A DNA stretch of 63,944 bases, filler included, from Folioceros fuciformis (lineage: Eukaryota), in assembly GCA_049999805.1 (NCBI GenBank). It is 8 parts of 8 records of this genome, joined end to end, with 100 filler letters (N's around TTAATTAATTAA, not from the genome) between each part and the next. Parts side by side here need not be neighbours in the genome. Positions count along the whole stretch, not along the records: positions 7,574 to 13,001 come from JBNGIO010001470.1; positions 13,102 to 22,708 come from JBNGIO010001471.1; positions 22,809 to 32,164 come from JBNGIO010001472.1; 5 more parts are not named here. The stretch is one strand, 5' to 3'. Under the pieces are notes generated by a model that had not been told where the DNA came from, ran no database searches, and worked only from the letters and a program-made list of their open reading frames with translations. Position 1 is the stretch's first letter; every line of letters begins with the position of its first letter. The position numbers and the translations under genes were made by a program. Shown here piece after piece: positions 11,701 through 24,370 of this stretch.

Positions 11701-13001
11701 TCCAAATAATGGCATTGCAAGAACAGAGTTCACACAATTTGTTCCATGTTGGGAGGCGATATCCTTGAATGGAATCCGAGTACAGTGAACTCCTAGAGTT
11801 GGGCAGATAAGGTGACAGATGGCAGAAATCACCTGTTCCAACAAGCGCAGCCGATGATGGCACAACGTACGGACATTGCCTAATGCCACGATCCGGAGGA
11901 TACGGTGAAGATCTGTGAAAAATCTAGTAGCATCTGCCACAGGAAATAGCTCCTCCTCCTCCTTCTCCTTCTCTGAAAGGACACAATCAACATCAGGCCC
12001 TTGCGAGTTTTCAGGCAGAGACGAAAAAATGGAGGCTACTTGAGCTCACCTGCTTCAGATTCATAGACTCGAACAACACCATCCACCATGTTGAAGGTAT
12101 GCTGAAAGCAGATTCAATCACAGACTTGTGAGACTTTTTGATATTTTTTTCCCAACTCGAGTCTATGGATGACCACCTGACAAATAACACTCCAGGAGAG
12201 ATCCTCACTTACTTTTGTCGCAGCTTCAGGTACATAGTGAAAAGGATTAGGATTCGGCTTTGGAGTACTGGGATCAGTGATTTCTTCCTTATCCCAAGGG
12301 TGCAGCCTTTCTCGAAACACGTATTTCTCTCTCAATTCTAGGCACTCCTTCATCATATGACAAACCTCCTCCTCCTCCGCTGACGGGGCCTCTGCAACGG
12401 ATGAAAAGAATAAACGTCAGCACACAGACATATGCACATCAGGGCAGCAGATTGGTTGCCCTGTTCACACACACACAAGCATTCAGTGGGAGTCGTACGT
12501 ACCAACAGGTGACACCTGGAGCCGCACATAAACTTCCTGTTCGGGTTCCTTTCTGAGAATGTCGGCAGCAACTGGATCAGGAGCATGCATTCCGTGCAGC
12601 TCCCCGGGTATACTATGCGATCGAATCATGGCACTTTTCTGAGCTGGGTCCAGAGCACCATTCGGCCGATCAACCGTGGGATGGGAGCCAAGAATTTTGG
12701 ATTCGTCGTCCTGTACGAAATTTCAAATGGACTGTCAGGGCTCCCTACATTGCTCCACAATTGTCCACGAACTCGACAGACAAAAGGGAACGCACCCACG
12801 AGCTGTGTACCATACCAGAGCCCCATTCTCGTTGGCGTCCAGGTCGTCTCCTGTAACATCAGGCTCCTCATCATTCAGGTCTCCTCGATTGTTGAGCATA
12901 TCGTCCTCCTCGTCAGTGGTCTCCAAATTTTCGAACACCCCCCCCGTGACAGGAGACTTGGGAGTGGGTGGTCGGATCACGGTGGACACATTGGCCACAT
13001 T
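8748..13001 (-). CDS. AMPD: AMP deaminase, multi-exon, 5' partial
   Basis: Exons encode [113 protein letters not shown] and [12 protein letters not shown]...IES* (stop 8748-8750). The introns I checked are GT-AG. Confidence 0.97.
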
Positions 13002-13101
13002 NNNNNNNNNNNNNNNNNNNNNNNNNNNNNNNNNNNNNNNNNNNNTTAATTAATTAANNNNNNNNNNNNNNNNNNNNNNNNNNNNNNNNNNNNNNNNNNN
13101 N
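13002..13101. other. Artificial contig linker
   Basis: 44 N + TTAATTAATTAA + 44 N. Confidence 0.98.
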
Positions 13102-13477
13102 TGGCCATTTTCATGGTCTTGTTTCACAACCTGTTCCACAACCTGCTCTGATATCACTTGTAGGATCACTAGAGGAGCATGGTGGAGGAGAGGAGAAGAG
13201 GAGGCAGAGAGGAGAGGAGAAAAAGAGGTCACATTGAGAGTAGTTGGCAAGAGAGCTCAAGGGGGTATTTATACTCTCTAGAAGAGCTCCCTAGGAAGCT
13301 TCACAAGAAGCTCACAGGAAGCTGCGCAAGAAGCTTCTTACAGATTAGCTTAAGCTAATCTAAACTAATGATACTTAATTAGACACTAATCTTAGACTAA
13401 ACACATTAGTCTACTAGACACTATAATCTTAGACTAAACACATTAGCCTAAGCACATTGGGCTTTAATAACCCTACA
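13102..13477 (-). mobile_element. 5' LTR (13159-13477, about 319 bp) and tRNA-iMet PBS of an LTR retrotransposon; internal part cut by contig end
   Basis: Minus strand TGTAGG...CCTACA inverted termini, TATAAATA box near 13265-13272, then AG + TGATATCAGAGC (one mismatch to TGGTATCAGAGC) at 13145-13156. Confidence 0.8.
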
Positions 13478-13928
13478 AAGTGTTCACATATAAAATGCCT
13501 ATTGAGACAATACAAGATAACATCTATACACATGTATGAATGGACATGAATAAACCCTTTTGCACATGTACATTACTGTACCTTGTATCAATGTCCATGA
13601 AGTGTTCTACATGGCTCCATGTGCGATATGACCTTTTGCTTGTACCAAGTCTTGCCCTCCCAAATACTCCTGTACCAAACTTTGACATACCTCTATGCTG
13701 CTCTGCTGCAAGTTAACTTACAAGTACATACGTACATTTGTACCAAGTTTTGACATGCATATGTGTCCATCATGCCACGAGTTACATATGATGCATATGT
13801 GTGGTAGATGTTACATCCAATCAGACACGCACATGCAGCATATGTGTTGGTTGTGCCGTGGGTAGTACGTGCCATAGAAGCTAAATCTAGTTTGTCCATT
13901 GTACTTACGAGTTGAAGATGAATATCGC

Positions 13929-14295
13929 TAGATTGTGCCGTACGTTTTGGCCTGTGAGCTAGACATGTATGTACATACATCAGAAGATTGTGTCGTAAGT
14001 TTGTGCCAGTGCGCCAAGTACATGTGTATGTACATCACAAGATTGTGCCGTATGCTTTCGTGCTTGTGGGTGGAGTTTGATATGAATATCGGTAGATTGT
14101 GCCATTGATTTGTGCTCGTGAGCCAGGTATGTATATATGTACATCGGAAGATTGTGCCAGAAGTTTTTGCCCGTGACTGGAATCGGATATGAGTATTGAC
14201 AGATTGTGCCGGAAGTTTGTGCCGTGAGTTGGGTTGGATATGGACATGATGGTACATTTGATGGTACATTGTGCCATATGTGGATAGATTGTGAA
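13929..14295. repeat. Degenerate tandem repeat, about 54 bp, 6-7 units
   Basis: AGATTGTG(C/T)C recurs at about 13930, 13985, 14040, 14094, 14149, 14202. Confidence 0.8.
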
Positions 14296-14935
14296 TGGAT
14301 GATAAGTAGACGTTGGAGGGTGTAAATTTAATTTTCATATTATGATTCAGGTTAATAAAATGATTGGATATGAATGTGTGGTACGAAATGATGGATGGAA
14401 TGATTCCATGGGCCATGGAATGAAACCGAAGCTTCTGGAGAAGAGTATTACGGGATTATAGAGCTTCCGTAAGCCCAGGCAAAACATAGAATAGAGTGGG
14501 ATATAGGTGAGTGAGTGCGTGATCCCAACAAAACAAAATAAATGCATGAAAGCGACGACACTCAGGTGGGCAAGGACGGATATCGACGGGAAGATGTCAG
14601 TGAACGCGACTTGAATGGGCACAGTTACTGCGAGAGCCTTGGAGCCTGCTAAAGGCAACGACACTTTTAAACCCTAGACCAGACGGGAGGCAGGGAGGGA
14701 GGCTCGCCTTCACGGCGTTGCTTTCCGTAGAGAGAGGATGGTAGAGAGAAGAGTGCGAGAGCAAGAAGAAGGCGAGTGTTCCCAGCGTGCTCGCATGTTT
14801 CAGGAGTTGGCGCCAAAACTATGCATGTCTCGCTCATGGCATGAAGCATTCCCTTGGCCTCGCTGAGGCACAATTGTCTCAGCGCACCATCTCTGGTGGG
14901 ACTTAGAGCAGCATCTGGGCGACTGTGTGTGCGAA

Positions 14936-17900
14936 ATGCGGGATTCGGAGAGGAACGAGGATAAGGGACATGAGACGCAGGAGCAGAAGAGAAGGAAGCC
15001 GGGGCTCCGTGCCGACATGAAGCGTCTGCGTAGAGGGCAGCAGAAGGGGCCGACTCTCCGGGGGAAGCGGCAGAAGCTGGACGTGGAGGAGGGGAAGAGG
15101 GAGGAGTTGCCTCCAGCCGCGACTCCCTCTGGCCCTGAAGGTGCAGGGGCTCCTGCGCTCGCTCCTCCTGTGAAGGAGGAGCGAGTGCTACACGAGGGGG
15201 AGCAGGAGCGGGCCGAAGGGACCGCCGGCGCCCAGGCGGAAGAACGGCGTGTTGCTCCGTCCTGCGAGGCTGAGGTGGTGAAGCGGGAGGTGGAGGAGGT
15301 GAAGGACGTGACGCCGTCTGATTGTGCAGCTGAGGCCAGGAAGAGTAGATCTGGTGTTAGGGTGACGAGAGCTCAGGCGCGGCTCAAGCGGGAGGTCGAG
15401 GTCCAGGAAGCCGAGGAAGAGGAGCAGGAAGCGGAGGAAGAGGACGACGACGAGGAGGAGGATGAGGAAGCAGAGGAAGAGGATTCTAGCGATGGCGGCT
15501 CCTCCTTCTGCTCCGAGGAGTCGTTGGGAATGAAGAATCGGCTGCGGTCCAGGACACGCCGGGCTGGCGTACGGGCGAGCGCGAGAATCCGAGGGAAAAG
15601 GAAGGCGGAAAACCTCCAAGCGAATGTCGCGAAGAGGAAGAAACGAACGCGGGCGGCAGCGGCTCGCAAGAAACGTCCCGCAACTTCATCGGGCTCGGAC
15701 GACTCCGAGACGGACGGCGAGGGGAAGATGTCGGAGGACGAGGGGAGTGATTGGGAAGACGCTACTGGCGGAGTTGGAAACCTGGTCAATGAAATATCGG
15801 ACGCCTCCGAGGATGCTGAGGAAACGGAGGAAACATGTCAAGTCTGCGAGGTTTGGCATTTTTGTTGAACAGCTTTCGTTTCTGAAGTACTATTGTGTGA
15901 CGCGTGGGTTGAAAGTTTTCTCTCGTTTCATTTTTCGCAGTTCGCCGGAGCGGCGGAGCTTATGCTACTGTGTGACAATGAGAGTGCTGGATGCAAGTAT
16001 GCCTTTCACACTTTCTGCCTCACACCCCCGCTGCAGGCGATACCGGAGGGCGACTGGATCTGTCCCTGCTGTGTGGATCCTCCTAAGACCAAGAAGCAGA
16101 AGGAGAGCTTTCCAAGCAAGGATATCCAGAAGCTTTTAGGTCGACGACCTGATCCTTCGACGGCGGAAGATGGGAGTGAAAGTGTAAAACTACAGTACCT
16201 CGTGAAATGGAAGTCGTACTCGCACCACCATGATTCGTGGGTAAGAATACCGCCCACGCAGGTGACATTATTGTGTCATTTCTGCTGCGCCATGGTGTTT
16301 GCGGTTGCGATACATGTTGCCTCTCGTGATACGTATGGCCCAGGTCAGTTAACATGTTCAGGACTTCCCAAGGGCCCTAATTTACGCTGTCGGGTGGTTT
16401 GTATGCTTTGGTTTGTTTAGGTCCCGGAAGAGTGGCTATCGTATTACGATAGCAACCGCCTTCTCGCGTTTCGGAGGAGCCACCCGTAAGTCTTACTTTT
16501 TAGGTTGACATGGTGGCTTCCGAGCTGTTGTCTCTTGTACCACCGTGTGCACCACCTGACTAATTGAAAGTTGCACGGAAAATGCAGTTTGAAGGGAGCG
16601 AATAAGGCTCTGCTGATTGATGAAAGAGACGAAGACTGGTTGAAAGTTGACCGTGTAATTGGATCTCGAGAACCGAGTGCAGCAGGACGGCGTGCGATTG
16701 AGACTGGGAAGTCAGTCGTGCACAGACTGAGAACGTCAGATGACGGCTCAGAGAAATTGGAATATTTGGTGAAGTGGAAGGGCATGGATTATGATGAAGC
16801 TACATGGGAAGCCGACATCACTGACGAAATTCAGGTTGCCATTGATTTGTATGAAAAGAGGCATCGAAATGCAGATGCGCGTGTCGCGATATCCGACACA
16901 GACTTAGCAGATGCGGCCTCCGAAAGAGGCGTAGAAATTGCTAATTGGAAGGTTCAGCCAAGCTATGCCCAAGGTGGCACCCTGCATTCTCATCAACTCA
17001 CCGGCGTGAAGTGGCTGATCAGTAACTTTCTGATTCGGAAAAGCGTCATACTCGCAGGTGAATAAGAACATTGCGGAGAACCCTTTTTGCGATATAGTTT
17101 GACCTTGATTGTCCAGCACTGATCTGTGGGTTTTGATCGGTACAGATGAAATGGGTCTTGGAAAGACTATTCAAGCAGCTGTATTCATGGTGTGCGTCAG
17201 GGAGGAGGCTTTGGGTCACAAGCCGTTTCTGGTCATAGCTCCAAAGAGTACTTTGTCTGGCTGGGAGAAGGTATGAATTGATAATCTAGTGTCCGTTTCC
17301 TGTCGAGGATTTTAATGGGCCATCTTCTGACAAGGTGCCTTTCACTTTGCAATTTCAGGAGCTACAGGCATGGGCGAGCCAATTGAGCTGCATAACCTAT
17401 CAGGGTGATCAATACACTCGCTCCATGATCCAGAAATTTGAGCTTTACACTATGGATAACAATCCTCTTTTTGATGTCCTCCTCACCACGTACGAATTGG
17501 CGATATCGGACAGCTCTATTTTGCAGAAATTTGAGTGGTCTACAATCTTTGGTACGTTTGCAGATCCTCTCATTGCTGCTTTTGGATGTATCGTACGGAG
17601 TGAATGACTTCGAAGCACACCAGCTTTACCCGGTCATACTGGCTGTTCACTTCCCTTTACTAACATGCTGAAAGGGCCAACACAGTGGATGAAGGCCACA
17701 GGGTGAAAAACGCCCAGAGTAAGCTGAGCTCCCTTCTTAGGCGTAAAGATACGGATTTCCGTGTACTGCTCACCGTGAGTCACTTTTTAACCTCTATATT
17801 GGTCAAGGGATGTGCGATTTGTGGCAACTGGTTCTGTTGTTACTCACCTCTGCTGAATTTGTTGCTCGACTGTGCGTAGGGTACACCTGTACAAAACACG

Positions 17901-20900
17901 TTAACAGAGTTATTCTCAATGCTGCATTTTTTGGATCCCATGGAATTTGGCGATCCAGATGAGGCAGCTAACAAGTTTGGTCATGTTGATGCAATTGGCA
18001 CAAATGTTGCAAGGAATGCAGAGAGTATGGAGGAGCAGATTTCCAGGATTCATGATCTCTTGAGACCTCGGTATGTACTTACCCCTAACTGGATTCGAGT
18101 TCTCGTCACATGAATATTATGGCGCAAGGCGTCTGTTGGCCTGGTTCCTAGTGTCTGAGATTGCTGAATGTGCTCCGTATAGGATGTTGCGAAGACTGAA
18201 GACAGAGGTCTTAAGAGATTTGTTACCTGGGAAAAAGTTGGTAGAAGTCCCATGCGCGCTAACTTCCTATCAGCGCCGGCTGTATGTAACCATCTTGAAG
18301 AAGAATTACAAAGAACTGAATAAGGGTGTCAAGGCCGGTAGGATGGTTATGTTTTCTTCAACAAATCCATATGGCGTTCTGTTGTTCTCTTTCTGGGAAA
18401 AGATTTCACATGCATGTGTATCTGTTGCATGCAGGGCAAAAACGGTCTTTGAATAGCATCGTTACGGATTTGAAGATGTGTTGCAACCACCCAGTGAGTG
18501 GCACACTTGTGCCCTCTCCTATTGAATCCTATCTTTGTGACCAGGGCAAGTACTACCATGTCTCTTTACTTTAGCACTGACTCTCACTATGGTAAATGCT
18601 TGCTCAGTATCTTCTTCCTGGAAAAGAGCCGAAGAATCTTCGGACAGAGGCAGAGTACAGACTTCTTGTTGAAGCTTCTGGAAAATTTCAGTTGCTGGAA
18701 AAGGTAGAGGTCACTTAGATATGCGAATAGTGCGGTCCTGGACCGCTTATCCATCCTATGTTGATTTTGGTTTGTCACTGTTTCAGAGAAACTGTTAGAT
18801 GTTCTTCTGGTGTCTTGAATGTGCATATGTGAATATGGATTTGCTCACTGTTTACCTCTGTTATTGACAGCTGCTGCCGCTGTTGAAGAAGGAGGGCCAC
18901 AGAGTTCTTCTTTTCTCACAGATGGTGAAAATGCTTGACATCTTAGAAGACTTCTTGAACTTTTTGGACCTCCCATTCTGTCGGTATGTAACCAGTATCT
19001 TGGAAATTAGTCACTTTCTCAGATGCTTTATGTGTGTAAGATCTGTCAAATGCCTTGTGCCTTTGCGCACTTGACAATGCCGTCGCCACATTCGTTTCAG
19101 AGTGCTGCCAGCGGATGTTCTCTTCTAATGTCGTCCTATGTCTTCATGCATACGCCATTAGGATGGATGGTAGGACACATGGTGAGGACAGGGAGACGCG
19201 GATCGAGGAATTTAATGACCCACAAAGCTCAACTTTCCTTTTTCTTATTTCGACTCGTGCTGGTGGACTTGGAATCAATCTGGTTGGCTCACTAGCTTTT
19301 ACTATTCAGTCATGTGGTTCTTTGGCGTCTCTTGCTGATACATTTGTTGATTTTGCTCTGAGCCTGAGTCGTCTTACACCAACTCTTTTTGGTTCCGCAG
19401 CCAACTGCAGACACAGTCATCATTTATGGTACATTCTCTCAGCAGTTGGTCGTTTTTTTTTTAGTGGGAGTTTTCGTCCCTCTTGGTGTGGCTAAACTTT
19501 GGGTCCGCTAGACCGATCACTATCATACGGTTTCGGTTGTGTCTGCGCAGACCCAGATTTCAACCCATTTGTCGACCTGCAAGCCCAGTCACGAGCACAT
19601 CGCATAGGCCAAGTGAAGACTGTGCTTGTCTACCAGCTGGTCACTAAGTGTTCAGTAGAAGAGAAGATAGTGCAAAGGGCCAAAAGAAAGCTTGCCATGG
19701 AAAACCTAGTTATGAGTGTGACTGCCAAAGAGGAAACTCATGATCTTAGTGAACTGCTTTGGGAGGGGGCCAGATCTGTTTTGGATGAACAGAACCTGGA
19801 AGCCACCTCAATTAAATACAGTGACGAGGATCTAAAGCAGCTTATGAACCGTGATATGGGCGAGAATCCTGAGCATGCGGAAGAGACAGCAGGATATCTG
19901 GGAGCTATACAAACATCCGATGACGGCGAAAAAATAGATGCCACGCATACGGAGGGAAGCAATTGGGATGAACTGCTTGGTATTACAGATGAGGATGAAC
20001 GATCAGAGGAGCTCGGACGAGGGAAACGGAGCCGCAAGGATGTCAAGTATGTGTGTGATCCAGAGGTATGTGACGATGAAGAGGAGTACCATGTGTCTCA
20101 GGAGAAGGAGAGCTCGGATACTGAATCAGACGCAAGCTTAGATCCTGAAGATCCGCCTTCTGTTAAAAAGCCTTCAAGGTGTAAAACGAATCTGCAAGCT
20201 TTCGACCATGAGGGCAGTCCTAAAGGTTTGGAGCTCAGTCAAAAGTCTGCACAAAAAGGTATGGAGCCCCATCAAATGTCCGAGCTAGTAAGTACAACTG
20301 CAACGTCTGGATCACAGGTGTCCTCTGGACTCTTCACCGACCCTAACCTCCCTCGACAAACCTCTGATACGAACAGATTTGCTCGATTGCTGCAGACCAT
20401 ATCTCAAGGTGAACCAACAACAAATACAACCTCTCCTGGACAACGCCCAGAAATCCTTACAATGGCTTTTTTACAGTCTCTGAGTCAGAATGTTTCAGGA
20501 GGAGCCGCCGGCAATGATCAAAAGTTTCCACTAGTTTATGACAAACACCTGTATCAGGGTGGGACATCCAATGAATACCGCAAACCTATCATGGGATTCG
20601 GTCAAATTGCCTGTCCTGAACTGCAGCAATCAGCCCCTGTGAGAGGGCACACTCTCCCGTTGTTTGGTGATGGATATAAGGATTCTGGTGGACCCCTAAA
20701 TGGAGGGTTCCACCAAGTGCCTTTTCGTCACATGGAACCTATTTGTGAGACGGATCAGACTCTTCGACTGTTTGATGACAAAGTGCATTGTACTGGTGGA
20801 GCCTCAACCAGACTCGTAGAGTCACCCATGGGGAAGTCCCTCCAGGTGCCACCGTGTCAATCGGTTCCAAGTGGAGCACCCCGTGGAGGGCAGGTTTTGA

Positions 20901-22561
20901 CATTGTTTGGTGACAAACACTCGGGTGCTGGTGGAGCGTCTGGTCAGTTTCTGCAGATCTCTCCTTCGATTCAGATGCACCAAGCTGTTTCTAGTGGAGC
21001 ACCTGTGACTACTTCTCGACGCGATCCTGTGGAGGTGGTTTCTATTTTCAGCAGGTATGTGGAAGGCATGTCTCCATCCTGCATTCCCACCAGCAGGCCT
21101 GCTGGTGATGCTCCTCAGTGTAGGACTGACATCCTCTGCACGCACAGAGCGCCCAACTTCCCTGTAGAGAAATTTCCAGGGTCTGCTTCTGCATCACATG
21201 AGCCAAGGAGGGAGAACTTCGGGGTACCAAACTTGCAAGTTGTGGCCTGTGACCCCATGCAGCATCCAACTTCTGGACACCCTAAGTTGGGGCAGAAGTT
21301 ATTGCCTTGTGAAGTACGTCGTAAAAGTCTGGAGCAGTCATGTGGAACATCAAGTCCCTTATCACTTGCGGGGAGCCTGCTCACATCCCCACGTGCTGAT
21401 AGAAGGACTCTTGATATCCCAGTCTGCCCTGTTGGAACTGTCCTGTCATCTGCTGGGCAAGCCCCACCAGACTTCAGGTGTGTGGAGAAATCAAGGTCAG
21501 TCGGTGTCCCCAGGAACGCTGCTTCAAGGAACATGCCTGGATCTGCTGTGCCAGTTGATACTGCAGAAATCTGCCAAGAATACTCTAGCGTCCCTTGTTC
21601 ATTGGATTCTGAACATACATTTGTGGCAGTTTCTGAGGCTGCACAGGTTACTGGAGCGGTGAACAGAGAAAATGTGGCGGAGAAAGTGATCAGCTCCTTT
21701 TACACAAGCTCAAATCCAGCAGACGTCTTCCATCATCAAGCTAGAGTTTCCGAGGTTGGAGACTCTAAAGCAGAAATGGCATCTCATCACTCTTGTACTG
21801 CTGAGCTTGGGGTCTTGGGGACTATGCCGAGTAATGTGCCTCCTTCTGACATCGTTGCTTCCCTCGCTGTTGTAGATATGCCTACCCCCCCGACCAGTAA
21901 GTCTGTAGCCCCTCCTAGCGTTATTCCCAGTGTAGCTGTTAGTTCAGATTTGGATACATCTTTCACCGCATGTCCAAACTCTAGTATCACAGCCTTAATA
22001 GAGAGCTTAAAGCTTCCTGTGCCTCGGGGCCGGCATTTTGAACTTGTCCACAACCCTACTATGACTTCCAATGGTACGCCCTCTCTATCTCCCACACCAA
22101 CTGCTTGTATGTCAGGACATTCCAACCTGCCCGTCGAACCCAAGGTCATTTTTGGGTCTGCAGATTCACCTGCGGACCCTCATGGTGTGAACCTGGTTCC
22201 TCCTGCAGTGTGTGATGCCAATCCTAGTTCAGGCTTCCTGCTAACTGCCGCTTGTTCTCCTCTTGATAGTCTAGACGCCGATCTTTGTTGTCCCAAAACT
22301 TCGAAGTCTCGGTCAGCCACCACCTGTCAGAGTCTGCTGGGCGCATCCTCTCCCAGCTTTTGTTTTTCCCCACCTGCCCTTGTAGATGTCCCCGCCCATC
22401 TACCGGCCGACCCCCGGGAGTCCCTTCCTCCTCGCGAGAGTGCTCCCAACTTACCTCAACTCGAGCTCTTGTGTTCCGGGTTACCCAGGGACTCTACCCT
22501 GCTGAAGAAGCCTGCCCCCAAGGCACAGGCTCGGAAGCCACTGTGGGTCCCCTCAGGTTAA
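14936..22561 (+). CDS. CHD3/PICKLE-family chromatin remodeller (PHD, two chromodomains, SNF2 ATPase, HELICc, long low-complexity tail), multi-exon
   Basis: [32 protein letters not shown]; chromodomains [11 protein letters not shown] and [100 protein letters not shown]. The 3' end may splice further (CAG|GTTAAG at 22557). Confidence 0.9.
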
Positions 22562-22708
22562 GCAGGCACGCTCATGTTACATTCCAGGAAAGAGCTGCAA
22601 GCGCTTGACAGTGAACTGAAGGCGCATGGTAATGGTGCGCTGCCTTTCCAACATGTTTCAAGAATTGTTTCCAACGCGGGGAATCCGGCATCTTGAACTC
22701 ACTGCAGG

Positions 22709-22808
22709 NNNNNNNNNNNNNNNNNNNNNNNNNNNNNNNNNNNNNNNNNNNNTTAATTAATTAANNNNNNNNNNNNNNNNNNNNNNNNNNNNNNNNNNNN
22801 NNNNNNNN
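22709..22808. other. Artificial contig linker
   Basis: 44 N + TTAATTAATTAA + 44 N. Confidence 0.98.
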
Positions 22809-22810
22809 TG

Positions 22811-24154
22811 CTTGCACAAAGGGAACCCAGTCCCCCGGCATGGCTAAATCTGCAAGCCGGGCGCCTCCTCTCCCGGCTTGTGTTGCGGGAGGGTGGAGTT
22901 GCCGCCGTTCTTGAGCGGCTGGTCGGCGAGGCTGAGCCAGGAAACGTTGCGGTGTTCAAGAGAGCCGCCACTCACCTTGCCCGGTGCCCTGAATCAGTCA
23001 CCTCCAGGCAGGAATACTACTCGAGCGTCTGCTCTCAGCTGCATGGCCTCTTCCTGCTGTGCACTCCACCTTCTCCAACCAAAAGCGAGACTGCGGTGAG
23101 GACCGTGACCAACATGCAGGAGACATCCGTGCTTCTGGCCTGCACCATGTACAACCAGGATCCCCGACTTGGTGAGGAGCACTTGCTCCTGCCTCTTGCG
23201 CAGATCCTGCTCACGCTCGCAGAAAGGGATCAGGTGCCTGGCTCGGAGCAAACCTTGCTCAACACCTTCTGGCAAATGCACCAGTTAACTATGGCTGGCT
23301 ATGTCGGATCAAATGTGCTGAAACGAAATCTGTTCAGGCTACTCAAACCCGTATCTCCTAAGCTTGTTTCTCTGCACCGCATGCTGACGCGAGCCCCGGG
23401 TGCAGAAGGTACAGGCAAGCCAGCATTTGCGAAGGGTTTCTTGGACCACAAGAAGGTTCAGGACAGTCTGTGTCTTCACGAACATCAGAACCAAGCTGAT
23501 AGACTCTGGAGTGTGTTGGATGACATGGTGCTCGCTTTGTTGACACAACCGCTAAGACCCACTTTGCATGTGGTGAGCGAGTATTTGCTGAACCCTAGTT
23601 CCAATGACGTCACCTGGGCTTTCTCGGACTCAGAAATTGCAGAAAGACTGGAATTCGCGCCGACCGAATCTCAGGATGCAGCTTCACATTTGGCGAAGTT
23701 GCTGGAGGTCAGCAGAAATTGGAAGCTCACAGTTGCGTTGCTGGAACTTCTTTTGGTCAAGATCTTGCGGTTCCGGATGAAAGCTATCTCGGCGGTGGAG
23801 GTGGACAGAATTGAGCACGCATTTGAGGTTGTTTTAAGTGAGATTGGGACGAAGGCCATGGAGGAAAGTACCGTAGACACACTTTCTGTCGTCAGGAATC
23901 TGCTTGACGACACAGCGTTCTGGAAAGATGAGGACATGATAAGGCTAGTGCTTCAGATGTTGGGCACCTCGTTGAAACCCGTCGAGGAAAGCTTCCAAAC
24001 GGTGGATCAGCCTAAGAACCTGGACTATCGTGGATTGTTGCGCGAGATTAGCGACCAGCTGGAAAAAATTACTGGTACCGAGGGTGTAACTCCTGCAGTG
24101 AAAGACATGAGCCAGTCTCTCTTTGCAACGATACAAAGGCTTGGAAAGATCTAA
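22811..24154 (+). CDS. TANGO6/Rtp1-like helical-repeat protein, 5' partial
   Basis: PPAWL....GRLLSRLVLREGGVAAV and HLARCP......EYYSSVCSQL resemble the conserved TANGO6 N-terminal block as I recall it. Frame is open from the contig start; no intron needed. Confidence 0.7.
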   Translation, partial: LAQREPSPPAWLNLQAGRLLSRLVLREGGVAAVLERLVGEAEPGNVAVFKRAATHLARCPESVTSRQEYYSSVCSQLHGLFLLCTPPSPTKSETAVRTVTNMQETSVLLACTMYNQDPRLGEEHLLLPLAQILLTLAERDQVPGSEQTLLNTFWQMHQLTMAGYVGSNVLKRNLFRLLKPVSPKLVSLHRMLTRAPGAEGTGKPAFAKGFLDHKKVQDSLCLHEHQNQADRLWSVLDDMVLALLTQPLRPTLHVVSEYLLNPSSNDVTWAFSDSEIAERLEFAPTESQDAASHLAKLLEVSRNWKLTVALLELLLVKILRFRMKAISAVEVDRIEHAFEVVLSEIGTKAMEESTVDTLSVVRNLLDDTAFWKDEDMIRLVLQMLGTSLKPVEESFQTVDQPKNLDYRGLLREISDQLEKITGTEGVTPAVKDMSQSLFATIQRLGKI

Positions 24155-24370
24155 GACCTATGCCTTGTATTTTCCTTCTAATTTATTGTGCAAACGAGAG
24201 GCAATGAGCTTGTACCCGAATGGTTGACAAAACTACCTGCCTTGCGGCCACCACGAAATAGTGCTGCATTCCTTTGATAGGGACGGTCCCCTCCAGACAC
24301 TTGAGTGTCGATGACGATCCTACTGCCGTATGTACAAGAAACTCAATGCCACTTCAGACTGCCGAGCTGA

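Noticed and set aside
13929..14295. Repeat-spacer (CRISPR-like) array
   Set aside because: The conserved head is only about 10 nt and the 'spacers' are related to each other; it is a degenerate minisatellite.
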